Shown: in pieces, positions 37,396 to 47,125 of the stretch
Layout: each line of letters starts with the position of its first letter
Position numbering within the stretch: position 1 is the first letter of the stretch
Assembly (NCBI GenBank): GCA_036502485.1
Contig: DASXYM010000016.1
Source of the DNA: Terracidiphilus sp.
GTDB taxonomy: Bacteria > Acidobacteriota > Terriglobia > Terriglobales > Acidobacteriaceae
Direction: 5' to 3' (one strand)
DNA length: 64,000 bases
Program-made: the position numbers and the translations under genes
The notes under the pieces: model-generated
Told to the model about the DNA's origin: nothing
Databases searched by the model: none
Seen by the model: only the letters and a program-made list of their open reading frames with translations

Positions 37396-39675
37396 CTAAT
37401 CCCTGGTGCCTGTTCCCTGCTCGCCGGGATGGTACGTCTGCCGCGCATGCCCCTTCAGTTCGTCAGGATAGAAATACACATCGCGCAGATTGCCTGAAGC
37501 GTAGCGCGCCGCCTCGTCCCCGAAATGAGACGACGCCGGATCTCCGCTCTCGCCTCCAGCCGTCACAGCCTTTGCGCGCACCTTGTCTCCAAACTCCACC
37601 ACCGCCACAAAGCTGTTCCCATAATTGCCATACCACCGCTTGGTGCCGGGATACGCACGCCCCACAAACGCCGCCAATGAGCCAAAACCACCCGGCACAA
37701 ACGGCACCGGAGTACTCGCGCCCGCATCGGTAAACTTCGGCGCCAGTTCATCCGTGAGCCGCTGGAAACGATTGATCTCGCCCCATGGCGTGCGCCATGT
37801 TCCAAAATCTGCGGCAAGCTGATCGGACGCCGTCTCCAGCGCCTGCACCAGATCATGCGGCCCCAGCTCCGACGCAACCCACTCCTCGCTGGGAATCTTT
37901 GCCTCGCGCGCCGGCCTCGCCACCGTCTTCAGCAACTCCGTTCCCCAGAACATCCCCAGCGCCGTCTCCACCGAACCCGTTCCCCATCGACAATCCCATG
38001 CCCGCAGCATCTTCACCTGCTCCGTCAGCTTCGCCTTCAGTGGATCGCTCGCCGGCAAATCGTCGTATGCCTTTGCCAGGACCGGCAACGTGCGCGCGAA
38101 CCATGGAAGATAGGAGTCATACGCCGCCGCCCGCAGCGTCTCCACCGTCCAGTCGCGCCGCGGCTTCCCGCCCGGAGCCAGCAGCAGCATCGCGTGCACA
38201 CCCCGCGGCGTCTCGATCCCCTCCTCCACATACGCCGGAAAATCGCTCCTCTTCAACGAGTCAGGCCCGGCCCCGTTCCATGGTGAATCGTTCGCGTTGA
38301 ACAGGTATCCCACCTGCGGATTCAGCAGGTGCGGCACCTCCTCCACCGTCATCAATCCAAGCCAGTTCGTCGAAGGATCGCTGCCATCGACCGGCTTCGC
38401 ATAGTCGAATCGCGGATCGCGCCTGGGAATGAAATCCCCCTGCCAGTACGCAATCTCTCCATCCGCATCCGCAAACACGGTGTTATTCGACGAGTTGGCG
38501 CGCAATTCCATCGTCTTCTTGTATTCAGCGTAGTTGTGCGCCTTGGTGCGCAAATAACTCTGCTCCAGTGCCGCAATCGGCACATTCATCAACTGCATCG
38601 TCACCAGCCGCTCGCCGTCCTGCGCAATCACCGGCCCATGCAGGGAATACATGGCCATGAATGTGCGCGACTTCAGCCCCTCCGGTGTCTTGTACCGAAT
38701 CGTAATCTGCCTGGTTGTGAACGGCCGGGTCTCGCTGCCATAGCGGTAACTCAGCTTCTTGTCCTGAAGCACCACCGCCTCGAGATACTCATCCACCGCA
38801 TCCACGCCGCTCGACGTATGCATCCACCCCGCGCGCTCGTTGAATCCCTGGTATACAAAAAACTGCCCCCAGGTCACCGCCCCGTACGCATTCAGGCCTT
38901 CATCGCTCGACATCTGCAGTTCGCTGCGAAAAAAGAACCACGTATGCGGATTGATAAGCAACAGCGCATGGTGATTGGCCGCGTTCGAAGGCGCAATCGC
39001 AAACCCATTTGAACTGCTCGGCCGCGGCTCCATCCACGGGACTGCCACATGCGGCCGCACCTCCCAACCCGCTATCTCTTTCCCTTGTTCCCTCTTTCCC
39101 TCTTTCCCCGCACTTCGCATCCCTTTCTTTTCGTAGTACGCCTCCAGCCGCTTCAAATCCACGCGCTCAATATCCCCGCCAATGCTTCCCTCCGTGAACG
39201 ACAAGGCCATCCACGGCTCGAAATGCGTGATCACCTTCGGCTTCATCGCGGGGTGCTGCGCGAGATAGAAGTTGATCCCATCGGCCCACCCGTCCATCAG
39301 CTTCTTCAACCAGTCAGGACTCTCCGCATAATCCCGCTTGAGTTCTTCGTGATCCAGATAGAGCCGCTGCCTCAGGTCCTGCCAGATGGCGGCCTCGCCT
39401 TCATCCTCGGCGCGCAGCCCCAAAGCGGTGAGATAGTTGGTCTCCACGCGATTGAAGTCGTCCTCGCACTGCGCGTAGATCATGCCGAACACAGCATCCG
39501 CGTCGCTCTTGCCGTGAATGTGCGCGATACCCCAGTCGTCGCGAACGATAGTCACGCGCGAAGCTTCATCCTTCCACCGCGCCGCATCCGTCGCGCCCGT
39601 TCCTTGCGCTGCCGCCGCCATCCCCAACCCAACCAACGCACCCGCAACTGCAAGAACCACGCGCAACCTCATCAC
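37396..39675 (-). CDS. Penicillin acylase family Ntn-hydrolase (S45)
   Basis: IVRDDWGIAHIHG, beta-subunit start SNGFAIAP, LLINPH, GWMHTSS, FNANDSPW. Confidence 0.92.
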   Translation of the reverse strand: MMRLRVVLAVAGALVGLGMAAAAQGTGATDAARWKDEASRVTIVRDDWGIAHIHGKSDADAVFGMIYAQCEDDFNRVETNYLTALGLRAEDEGEAAIWQDLRQRLYLDHEELKRDYAESPDWLKKLMDGWADGINFYLAQHPAMKPKVITHFEPWMALSFTEGSIGGDIERVDLKRLEAYYEKKGMRSAGKEGKREQGKEIAGWEVRPHVAVPWMEPRPSSSNGFAIAPSNAANHHALLLINPHTWFFFRSELQMSSDEGLNAYGAVTWGQFFVYQGFNERAGWMHTSSGVDAVDEYLEAVVLQDKKLSYRYGSETRPFTTRQITIRYKTPEGLKSRTFMAMYSLHGPVIAQDGERLVTMQLMNVPIAALEQSYLRTKAHNYAEYKKTMELRANSSNNTVFADADGEIAYWQGDFIPRRDPRFDYAKPVDGSDPSTNWLGLMTVEEVPHLLNPQVGYLFNANDSPWNGAGPDSLKRSDFPAYVEEGIETPRGVHAMLLLAPGGKPRRDWTVETLRAAAYDSYLPWFARTLPVLAKAYDDLPASDPLKAKLTEQVKMLRAWDCRWGTGSVETALGMFWGTELLKTVARPAREAKIPSEEWVASELGPHDLVQALETASDQLAADFGTWRTPWGEINRFQRLTDELAPKFTDAGASTPVPFVPGGFGSLAAFVGRAYPGTKRWYGNYGNSFVAVVEFGDKVRAKAVTAGGESGDPASSHFGDEAARYASGNLRDVYFYPDELKGHARQTYHPGEQGTGTRD

Positions 39676-39777
39676 CCCGGCCCCTTCTCCCGAGCGATTT
39701 ACAGATTCTCAATCTAGCATTCAGCGCACAACCCGATCCCAATTTCCCAGTGCGCCACCGCGCCGCCATGCCGTACG

Positions 39778-40170
39778 ATGAACCCCATGAGCGACTTCTT
39801 CCTCTTCAAAACCGAGCCCACGGTGTACTCGTTCGACGACTTCCTCCGCGACAACGAGACGGTTTGGGATGGCGTTACCAATCCCACCGCCGTGAAGCAC
39901 CTGCGCGAGTTGAAGAAGGGCACAAAATGGATCTTCTACCACACCGGCGAGGAGCGCAGCGCCGTCGGAACCGGCACCGTAACCAGCGTGGACGCATCCG
40001 ATCCCAAGGTGCCCGTCGTGAAGGTCAAAGTCGGAAAGCGCCTCAAATCGCCCAAGACCCTCGACGCCATCAAAGCCGCATCCCTCTTCCACGACTCACC
40101 TCTCGTGAAGATCGGCCGCCTCTCCGTCGTCCCGCTCACCGAAGCCCAATGGGACTGGTTCCTGGCATAA
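39778..40170 (+). CDS. EVE domain protein
   Basis: FLFKTEPTVYSFDD, WDGVTNPTA, FYHTGEE, RLSVVP. Confidence 0.92.
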   Translation: MNPMSDFFLFKTEPTVYSFDDFLRDNETVWDGVTNPTAVKHLRELKKGTKWIFYHTGEERSAVGTGTVTSVDASDPKVPVVKVKVGKRLKSPKTLDAIKAASLFHDSPLVKIGRLSVVPLTEAQWDWFLA

Positions 40171-40171
40171 A

Positions 40172-40399
40172 CAGGGAAAAGGGAATAGCGAAAGGAGGGA
40201 ATAGCGAAAGGGGAATAGCGAGTAGAAAACATTTCCGCGATACGCCCGCAAGCTTGTCATCCTGAGCCGAAAGCGAAGGACCCGCTTTTGCACTTGCCTT
40301 TACTGCTCTTATTCTGTCGTCCCGGAAGACCCGCTTCAGCACAGACCCGCCCAGCGGCCCTAATCCCTGATCTTTGATCCCTGGTCCCTGGTCCCTGCC
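40172..40399. repeat. Repeat-filled spacer between convergent genes
   Basis: GGGAATAGCGAAAG at 40181 and 40197 (partial copy at 40211). A REP-like TGTCATCCTGAGCCGAAAGCGAAGGAC lies near 40255, and six CCCTGRT-type heptamers at 40358-40399. Confidence 0.8.
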
Positions 40400-40403
40400 T
40401 TCA

Positions 40404-40862
40404 TCACACCCCGAACTGCCGCAGATGATGAGCCGTGTGCAGATATCCCCACCGCATCCAGTCTTTCTCGCTCATTTCCTTGAACATCGGATGCGGCCGG
40501 AACCGGAACGTTCGCGGCTGAGCCGTAAACCTCTCAATCGCAGCCAGCAGCCTCCGCATATCCTGGTCGAACTCCACGGGCCGCGTGCCGCCGATCTGCT
40601 GGTCCATTTCCGGACGCGTGGGCACGCCCTGCGGCCAGTTGAACGGCGCATATAAAACCCACGGCTTCATCATCGGCCACAGGTTGAAACCGCGCGGCAT
40701 CTCGATCGGCTTGTCGCCCATCACGCCCAGAAACGCATCGCTCACGTGGCAGATCATCTGCGAAGCATTCATCCTGCCCCAGCGATGCGGCGTGTCAGGA
40801 CAAATCAAAGCCAGCCTCCGCAGAATCTCTCTCCTGCCTTCCGGATCACTCAGCGTCTTCAT
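40404..40862 (-). CDS. DUF1569/DinB-superfamily protein
   Basis: WGRMNASQMICHV...HPMFKEMSEKDWMRWGYLHTAHHLRQFGV. Confidence 0.88.
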   Translation of the reverse strand: MKTLSDPEGRREILRRLALICPDTPHRWGRMNASQMICHVSDAFLGVMGDKPIEMPRGFNLWPMMKPWVLYAPFNWPQGVPTRPEMDQQIGGTRPVEFDQDMRRLLAAIERFTAQPRTFRFRPHPMFKEMSEKDWMRWGYLHTAHHLRQFGV

Positions 40863-40886
40863 CGCTCTTGCCTCGCATCCACGCCG

Positions 40887-41951
40887 TTATTTCGACCCGA
40901 AGAACAAGTCCGCCTGACTCTGTTCCGCCTCTGTCGCCTCCGCCGCTTCTCTCGGAACTGTCTCGTCCCCCGCCAGCCACGCCCGCGTACTCAGCAACTG
41001 CCTCTGATCCAGCGCCCACACCTTCCCGGTCATCTCCTCGGCGCTCTTGCCTTCCCGCGCACAGCGATCGAACTCGCCCTGCATGGCCTGCATCTTCGCA
41101 TCCAGATCATCGACAAAATTCAACACCAGGGCCTCGGGGATCATGGGCAGCTTGGGCGATCCGAATTCCAGCTTTCCATGGTGCGAAAGAATCACATGCA
41201 GCACCAGCGTCTTCAGACGCGGCGGAAACCCCGGAATCGACTCCATGGTCTTCTCCGCAAGCGACGCGCCCATTTGGATATGCCCCAGCAGCACGCCCTC
41301 CGTGGTGTACTCAAACCCCACATCCCACGAGAGCTCCTGGATCTTGCCGATATCGTGCAGCATCACGCCCGTAAGCAGCAGATCGCGATGCAAAATCGGA
41401 TAGTGCGGCGCAATGCGATCCGCCAGCGTGAGCAGGCTGATGACATGCTCCAGCAACCCGCCCAGGTACGCATGATGCAATTGCTTGGCAGCCGGCGCCT
41501 CCCGAAACGCCGTGGCAATCTGCAGATTGCTGAAGATGTTTCCGACCAGCGCCTTCAGATGCGGCTCGGTGAACGAATCGATGAATCCCAGCAGCCGCTG
41601 CCACATCTCCTGCACGTCATAGGTGGTAGCCGGCATCATGTCGGCCTTCTCCGCCTCGCCGGGCTGCGCCCTCCGCAACTGCTCCACCTTCATCTGCAGG
41701 CGATCGTTAAACCGCGAAATGCACCCGCGCACCTTCACCACGTCGCCACGTTGAAAGTCCTTCACAACCCGGGGATCGTTGACGTCCCACACGCGCCCCT
41801 CGAGCTGCCCCGTCTTGTCGCACAACGTCAGGCTCAGGTATGGCTTGTTGGTCTGCGTGGTGCGCTGCTGCCGCGCCAGCACAAGAAAATGGCTGTCAAA
41901 CAGCTTGCCTTCCTCATAGGAAGCCAGATCGGCGATATAGATGTCCTTCAT
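40887..41951 (-). CDS. yhaM: OB-fold plus HD-domain 3'-5' exoribonuclease, YhaM-like
   Basis: KPYLSLTLCDKTG, APAAKQLHHAYLGGLLEH, LHDIGKI, ILSHHGKLEFGSP. Confidence 0.88.
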   Translation of the reverse strand: MKDIYIADLASYEEGKLFDSHFLVLARQQRTTQTNKPYLSLTLCDKTGQLEGRVWDVNDPRVVKDFQRGDVVKVRGCISRFNDRLQMKVEQLRRAQPGEAEKADMMPATTYDVQEMWQRLLGFIDSFTEPHLKALVGNIFSNLQIATAFREAPAAKQLHHAYLGGLLEHVISLLTLADRIAPHYPILHRDLLLTGVMLHDIGKIQELSWDVGFEYTTEGVLLGHIQMGASLAEKTMESIPGFPPRLKTLVLHVILSHHGKLEFGSPKLPMIPEALVLNFVDDLDAKMQAMQGEFDRCAREGKSAEEMTGKVWALDQRQLLSTRAWLAGDETVPREAAEATEAEQSQADLFFGSK

Positions 41952-42026
41952 GCTGAGGGGAAGAATAACAGGGCGGAAGGACCCGTTCACAGCAGGCCAG
42001 CTGACCAGGACCGGTATCCTGAATCC

Positions 42027-42494
42027 GTGCCCGACGCGCTCCCCTCTATCCCCGAGTTCAGCACCATTCGCGACATGCGGCAGAGCGATGCCGAATCGGT
42101 CTCGCAGCTCACCACCCAGCTCGGCTATTCACGCACTCCCCACGACGTCAACGCCTGGATTGCGCGCCTCGCGGAACAACCTGCCGGGCAGGCGGCTTTT
42201 GTCGCCTGCATCCGCGACGAAATCGTTGGCTGGATCGAAGTCTCCATTCAGCGCCATCTCCAGTCCGAGCCCTTCGCGATGATCGGCGGCCTGGTCGTCA
42301 GCGATCGCGTGCGCGGCCGCGGCATCGGCCGCCTGCTCTGCCATCGCGCCGAACAGTGGACCTGGGATCACCGCCTCGACACCCTGCGCGTCACTTCGCG
42401 CAGCACCCGCGCCGATGCCCATCGCTTCTATCTGCGCGATGGCTATCACCAGGTCAAAACGTCCTTGGTCTTCGAGAAATCCAGACCCGCCTGA
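42027..42494 (+). CDS. GNAT family N-acetyltransferase
   Basis: SQLTTQLGY, LVVSDRVRGRGIGRLL, RADAHRFYLRDGY. Start at GTG 42027 or ATG 42075. Confidence 0.85.
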   Translation: MPDALPSIPEFSTIRDMRQSDAESVSQLTTQLGYSRTPHDVNAWIARLAEQPAGQAAFVACIRDEIVGWIEVSIQRHLQSEPFAMIGGLVVSDRVRGRGIGRLLCHRAEQWTWDHRLDTLRVTSRSTRADAHRFYLRDGYHQVKTSLVFEKSRPA

Positions 42495-42557
42495 CACTCC
42501 CGCAAAAACAGTTCGGCCCTGAACGCATCGTTCAGGGCCGAATCTCACAGAGCAAAT

Positions 42558-44372
42558 TTACTGCTGAGGCTGTGTCTGGGCCGGTGGCGTCGGGGACGCC
42601 GGAGTCTGCGCAGGTGCCGGCTGCGGAGCCGTGGTGGGAGCAGGCGCGCCCGGAACCGCCGGAATCGGCGTGGGCTGAACCGGGGCCGCATTCTGCTGCG
42701 GCTCGTCGCTCTTCTTCTTGTCGCTCAGGCGGGTCTTCTCTCCCGTAGTCGTCGCCTGCTTCTTCTTCTTCTTCGTTTCGCCCTGCAAGCCCAGCGCTGA
42801 CGACTGCGTCTGGCGATCCGCCACCTCCGCCGCATCCGGCGCCAATGCCGGGTTCTGCGACGGATAGCTCACCTTCTGCGGGTTAACGTGCTCTTGCTCC
42901 CTCTTCTCCTTAGGCAAACGCGCACGATCGCTGAAGCGCGTCTTCTTCGCCTCCGGAGCCGTCGCTTCCACCGGAGCTTCCGGCAGTGCCGCCTGCGCAG
43001 TCTGAGCTCCCTCGCCCACGCCCTGCCCGGTTGCGCCGGCATCTTCCGTCGGAGCTTCCTGTCCGGCAGGCAGCGTCTTGGTCGGCGCCTGCCCGAAGCG
43101 GATCTTTTCCTTCTTGCCCGGCTTCATCGTCGGAGCAGCCGCGCTGGCCGTGCTGGTCTGCGTCGACCCCGCGGCAGCCGCCGTCGGCGCTGCTTCGCCA
43201 CTCGCTGAAGAGGTCTGTCCAGGCATCGACGTCTTCGAGCGGAAATGGGTGTTCTCGCGGAACCGCGTGCGCTCAACCTTCTTCTTCTTCTTCGGCTGGG
43301 GCGGCGTATACGCCGAGTAGGCAATCGGATTCACGCGCTTGTTGGTGCTGGCGCCCGTGTCCGTAAACCCCGGAGAAATGTCGATGTACGCGTCTTCGCG
43401 CATCTTCGTCAGATACTCGCGGATCGCCGGCTCCATCTTCGACCCGTAGTAGTCCTGCTCAACCTGCTGCTCCACATCCTTATATTCAGGAGCGCCGCCC
43501 GCATTGTGCTGCACCACCTTGAAGATCACAAATCCCTGGCGCGTGCGGATCGGGTCGGTAATCGTTCCCGTCGGCTGGCCGAACGTCGCGTCCTCAAACA
43601 CCTTGTTGAGTTGTCCGCGCTTGTACGTCCCCAGGTCGCCGCCCTGCGCGGCCGTCTGCCCCTCGCTGGATGCCTTGGCCACCTGCACGAAGTCTTCGCC
43701 GCCCCTCAGCTTGGCCACGACCCCCTCAGCCTTCGTCTTCGCCGCCGCAACCTGCGCGTCGCTGGCGTCGGCCGGCGTGCTGATCAGGATTTCGCTCAGC
43801 TTCACGCTCTCCGGCTGCTCATAGTCCTTCTTGTGCTCCTCAAAGTAGCGCTGCACCTCGCCCGGTGTGAAGGAGATGTGCCGGCCCACCTCGTCGCGCA
43901 TCACCTGCTGCGTGACGATCTGGTTGCGAATATTAGCTTTGAAGTCCTCATAGCTGACGCCCTGCTCCTGGGCCGCCTTCTCCAGGTCCTCGAGCGTACC
44001 CAGGTTGTACTGCTTGCGGATCTCGTTCAGGCGGTTGATCAGCTCGGTCTCGCCCGTGATGCCCAGTTCCTTGCCCTTCGAGATCCAGAGCTGCTGATCG
44101 ATCAGGTTACGCAGCAAGTCTTTATGCGCATCGGAGATCTGCTGCATCGTCGCGCCCTGCTTGCGGGCCTCGTCGTCCAGCTCCTTCTGAGCGCGGTCGT
44201 AATCGGACCGGGTGATGATCTGGTCATTCACGCGGGCAAGAATCTCTTCTACCGTGACGCCGCCGTAGGGGCTCGCCGGCTCAGCAGGACGCGTCTGCGC
44301 CAGGGCGGAAGTTGCAAGCAGGGCTGCCGTCAAAGCGGCCACCGCGGGGATACGAAGAAAAGTCAAGGTCAT
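42558..44372 (-). CDS. SurA-like peptidyl-prolyl isomerase with a long low-complexity C-tail
   Basis: EEILARVNDQIITRSD, LSEILIST, GEDFVQVAKASSEG, GGDLG, RTRQGFVIFKV. Confidence 0.88.
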   Translation of the reverse strand: MTLTFLRIPAVAALTAALLATSALAQTRPAEPASPYGGVTVEEILARVNDQIITRSDYDRAQKELDDEARKQGATMQQISDAHKDLLRNLIDQQLWISKGKELGITGETELINRLNEIRKQYNLGTLEDLEKAAQEQGVSYEDFKANIRNQIVTQQVMRDEVGRHISFTPGEVQRYFEEHKKDYEQPESVKLSEILISTPADASDAQVAAAKTKAEGVVAKLRGGEDFVQVAKASSEGQTAAQGGDLGTYKRGQLNKVFEDATFGQPTGTITDPIRTRQGFVIFKVVQHNAGGAPEYKDVEQQVEQDYYGSKMEPAIREYLTKMREDAYIDISPGFTDTGASTNKRVNPIAYSAYTPPQPKKKKKVERTRFRENTHFRSKTSMPGQTSSASGEAAPTAAAAGSTQTSTASAAAPTMKPGKKEKIRFGQAPTKTLPAGQEAPTEDAGATGQGVGEGAQTAQAALPEAPVEATAPEAKKTRFSDRARLPKEKREQEHVNPQKVSYPSQNPALAPDAAEVADRQTQSSALGLQGETKKKKKQATTTGEKTRLSDKKKSDEPQQNAAPVQPTPIPAVPGAPAPTTAPQPAPAQTPASPTPPAQTQPQQ

Positions 44373-44462
44373 AGGTCGGCACACACGGCAGGGGTCCAAC
44401 GATCCCCACCTGAGGTATAGACGCCATTGTAAATGTTGGGCGAGCGGGAAAGACAGAAGGCA

Positions 44463-44527
44463 GGGAATAGCGAATAGAGAATAGGAACTAGAGGACCGTA
44501 TTCCCTACTCCCTAATTCCTGTCTCCC
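44463..44527. repeat. Inverted pair of heptamer arrays in the surA/ctpA divergent spacer
   Basis: gggaata gcgaata gagaata ggaacta, then tattccc tactccc taattcc. Confidence 0.75.
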
Positions 44528-44626
44528 GCGTCCAACAATCAGTGCGCTATACTTTAGTGCAAAGGCTGCTGTGCTAGGCGTGTCTCTTGCCGCCGCTGCA
44601 TCTGCCGCCGGAGGTTCTGTCCGCCT

Positions 44627-46282
44627 ATGACTCCCCGCGCCCGCCGGGCACTATTCAGCATCATTCTCTTCTTCGCAGTCTGCGCCATGCTCGGAACCAT
44701 GCTTCAGCGCAAAGTGGGCGCCCAGTCCTCTGAGGACGAAAGCCAGATCCGCGATAACCTCAAGCAGTTCACCAACGTATACGCGCTGGTGGAGCAGAAC
44801 TACGCCGAGGCCATCACCGGCGACAAGGTCGACACCGTCATCTACGACGGCGCCATCCCGGGTATGCTCCGCACCCTTGACCCCCACTCAAACTTCTACG
44901 ATCCAAAGGCTTACGCCAAAATGCGCGAAGACCAGCGCGGCCACTATTACGGCGTCGGCATGGTCATACAGCAGCAGAAGAACAAGATCTACGTCATTAC
45001 TCCCTACGAGGGCACGCCGTCCTTCCGCGCCGGTATCCGCCCCGGCGACGTGATCACCGCCGTGGACGGCAAGCAGGTCGTCACCGAGGGCAACAATCCC
45101 GACTCGCTCGCCTCGTCCGACGCCGTCGCCAAGGCCCTCAAGGGACCTAAAGGCACCCACGTTCAGGTCACCATGGCCCGCGAAGGCCAGACCAAGCCCA
45201 TCACCTTCGACCTCGTCCGCGATGAGATCCCCCACCCTTCGGTGGACCTCAAATATGAGATCCGCCCCGGCGTAGGCTATGTCCATCTCACCCAGTTTCA
45301 GGAAACCACCGCCCAGGAAGTCATCGACGCCGTCAACAGCTTCGGCAACATCAAGGGCCTCGTCTTCGACCTCCGCGGAAACCCCGGCGGCCTGCTCAGC
45401 CAGGCGGTCGAGGTCTGCGATCACCTCCTGAGCAAGGGCCAGACCATCGTTTCCCAACGCGGCCGCGCTTATCCCGACCAGAACTACACTGCCACCCACG
45501 GCAACGACGGCAAGAGCTTTCCCATCGTCGTCCTCGTGAACCGCAACACCGCCTCAGCCGCGGAAATCGTCTCCGGCGCCCTGCAGGATCACGACCGTGC
45601 CCTCATCGTGGGCGAAACGACCTTCGGCAAGGGCCTGGTCCAAACGGTCTACAACCTCAGCGAAAACACCGGCCTCGCCCTGACCACCTATCACTACTAC
45701 ACGCCCTCCGGCCGCCTTATCCAGCGCAACTACTCCGGCGTGTCGCTCTACGACTACTACTACAATCACGCCGGCGCCCAGCCCGCCGACAAGACCAACC
45801 AGGAAGTCAAGATGACCGACTCCGGCCGCACGGTTTACGGCGGTGGCGGCATCACCCCGGACGAGAAGATCGACTCGCCCAAGGCCAACAAGTTTGAAGA
45901 TGAAGTCGGCTATCAGTACACTTTCTTCCACTTCGCCCCGCACTACCTGGCAAACCACACCGTCGACAAGGACTTCAAGGTGGACGATGCGGTGATGAAC
46001 GAGTTCAAGCAGTTCCTCACCAGCATGAACATCCCCTTCGCTGAGAAAGACATCAACGACAACGCGGACTGGCTGAAAATCAATATCAAGCAGGCGCTGC
46101 TGACCAGTCAGTACGGCCAGTTGCAGGGGCTCCGCGCGCACGCCGACTGGGATCCCGAGATCCAGAAGGCCCTCACCTTCCTCCCTGAAGCCCAGGCTCT
46201 CGAAGACAACGCCCACAAGGTGCTGGCCGAGAAGGCCCAGGCCCACGAGACCCCGCAGGGCGCCGCCGCCGCCCGCCCCTAG
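44627..46282 (+). CDS. S41 carboxyl-terminal processing protease (CtpA/Prc-like)
   Basis: LDPHSNFYD, PDZ domain, DLRGNPGGLL, ASAAEIVSGALQD, GETTFGKGLVQ. Confidence 0.95.
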   Translation: MTPRARRALFSIILFFAVCAMLGTMLQRKVGAQSSEDESQIRDNLKQFTNVYALVEQNYAEAITGDKVDTVIYDGAIPGMLRTLDPHSNFYDPKAYAKMREDQRGHYYGVGMVIQQQKNKIYVITPYEGTPSFRAGIRPGDVITAVDGKQVVTEGNNPDSLASSDAVAKALKGPKGTHVQVTMAREGQTKPITFDLVRDEIPHPSVDLKYEIRPGVGYVHLTQFQETTAQEVIDAVNSFGNIKGLVFDLRGNPGGLLSQAVEVCDHLLSKGQTIVSQRGRAYPDQNYTATHGNDGKSFPIVVLVNRNTASAAEIVSGALQDHDRALIVGETTFGKGLVQTVYNLSENTGLALTTYHYYTPSGRLIQRNYSGVSLYDYYYNHAGAQPADKTNQEVKMTDSGRTVYGGGGITPDEKIDSPKANKFEDEVGYQYTFFHFAPHYLANHTVDKDFKVDDAVMNEFKQFLTSMNIPFAEKDINDNADWLKINIKQALLTSQYGQLQGLRAHADWDPEIQKALTFLPEAQALEDNAHKVLAEKAQAHETPQGAAAARP

Positions 46283-46303
46283 TCGTTCGATTCCCACCGT
46301 CTC

Positions 46304-46342
46304 AAAGAGCGGACAGACCCCAAAGTCTGTCCGCTCTTTTTT
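46304..46342 (+). terminator. Intrinsic terminator
   Basis: 15-bp stem AAAGAGCGGACAGAC/GTCTGTCCGCTCTTT followed by T's; a heptamer array follows at 46343-46400. Confidence 0.9.
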
Positions 46343-46469
46343 GCCTGCTCCCTATCCCCTATTCCCTGCCTTTCTAATCCCCGGTTCCTGGTCCCTGCCC
46401 TTACGTAACCGCCGTCACAGCGCAGAATTCCAACTGGCCGCAAGCTGGATCGGAAGTACGAGGTGAACC

Positions 46470-47048
46470 ATGCATGCCGTCGCCTCTGAACAGGAAATCC
46501 TCATCGAGAAGCTCCAGAACGCCCTCGACAACGAATCCAACGCCCACCTGCGCTACCTGGAATTTGCCGAAAAGGCTGACGGCGAAGGATGGCATGGGGT
46601 AGCCAGCCTGTTCCGCGGCGTCGCGCGGGCTGAAGAAATCCACGCCGCGAATCATCGCCGCATCCTGCACCAGTTCGAGCCAGATCTGCATTTCGTTCCA
46701 GCCAGAACGGAAGAAGGCACCACGATCGAGAACGTCCGCACCGCTCTGGCCGCCGAACTCTGCGAAGTGGGCAGCATCTATCCCACCTGCGCGGATATGG
46801 CCCGCACCGCGCGCGAGGTCTCCATGGTGCGCACCTTCACCTGGGCTCTGGCAGCCGAGAAGACCCACGCCCGCCTCTTCAATGAAGCTCTCGCTCTGCT
46901 CGAGATCGAGGACGAGGACGCGTGGATCACCATGGTCCGCGACTTCTACGTGTGCCCGGTCTGCGGCTTTACGTCCGAGTTCGAAGATGAAGCAAGGATC
47001 TGCCCGTCCTGTTTTTGCTCGCGCAGCCGCTTTGAAGCCATCCGCTAG
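46470..47048 (+). CDS. Rubrerythrin family protein
   Basis: ARAEEIHA, AEKTHA and C-terminal CPVCG...CPSC. Confidence 0.88.
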   Translation: MHAVASEQEILIEKLQNALDNESNAHLRYLEFAEKADGEGWHGVASLFRGVARAEEIHAANHRRILHQFEPDLHFVPARTEEGTTIENVRTALAAELCEVGSIYPTCADMARTAREVSMVRTFTWALAAEKTHARLFNEALALLEIEDEDAWITMVRDFYVCPVCGFTSEFEDEARICPSCFCSRSRFEAIR

Positions 47049-47069
47049 GCGTGCATTGTGCTTTTCTTT

Positions 47070-47096
47070 CTGTCATTCCCGAAGGGAATCTGCTTT
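47070..47096. repeat. REP-like palindrome, copy 1
   Basis: CTGTCATTCCCGAAGGGAATCTGCTTT; further copies at 49945 and 52987. Confidence 0.8.
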
Positions 47097-47125
47097 TCTC
47101 TCCCGCCAAAAAATGGCCGCAAGCC

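Noticed and set aside
40181-40224. 14-bp direct repeats as a mini-CRISPR
   Set aside because: The units are too short, there are essentially no spacers and no cas genes; they belong to the heptamer family.
40746-42026. Apparent 582-aa ORF fusing a long N-terminus to a GNAT domain
   Set aside because: The first ~427 codons are the antisense shadow of yhaM and the DUF1569 gene; only the last ~155 aa look like a protein.
42600-43320. Lys/Gln/Pro-rich low-complexity tail of the SurA-like protein as a separate gene or repeat element
   Set aside because: It is in frame with the PPIase and has normal codon structure; most likely a disordered extension.
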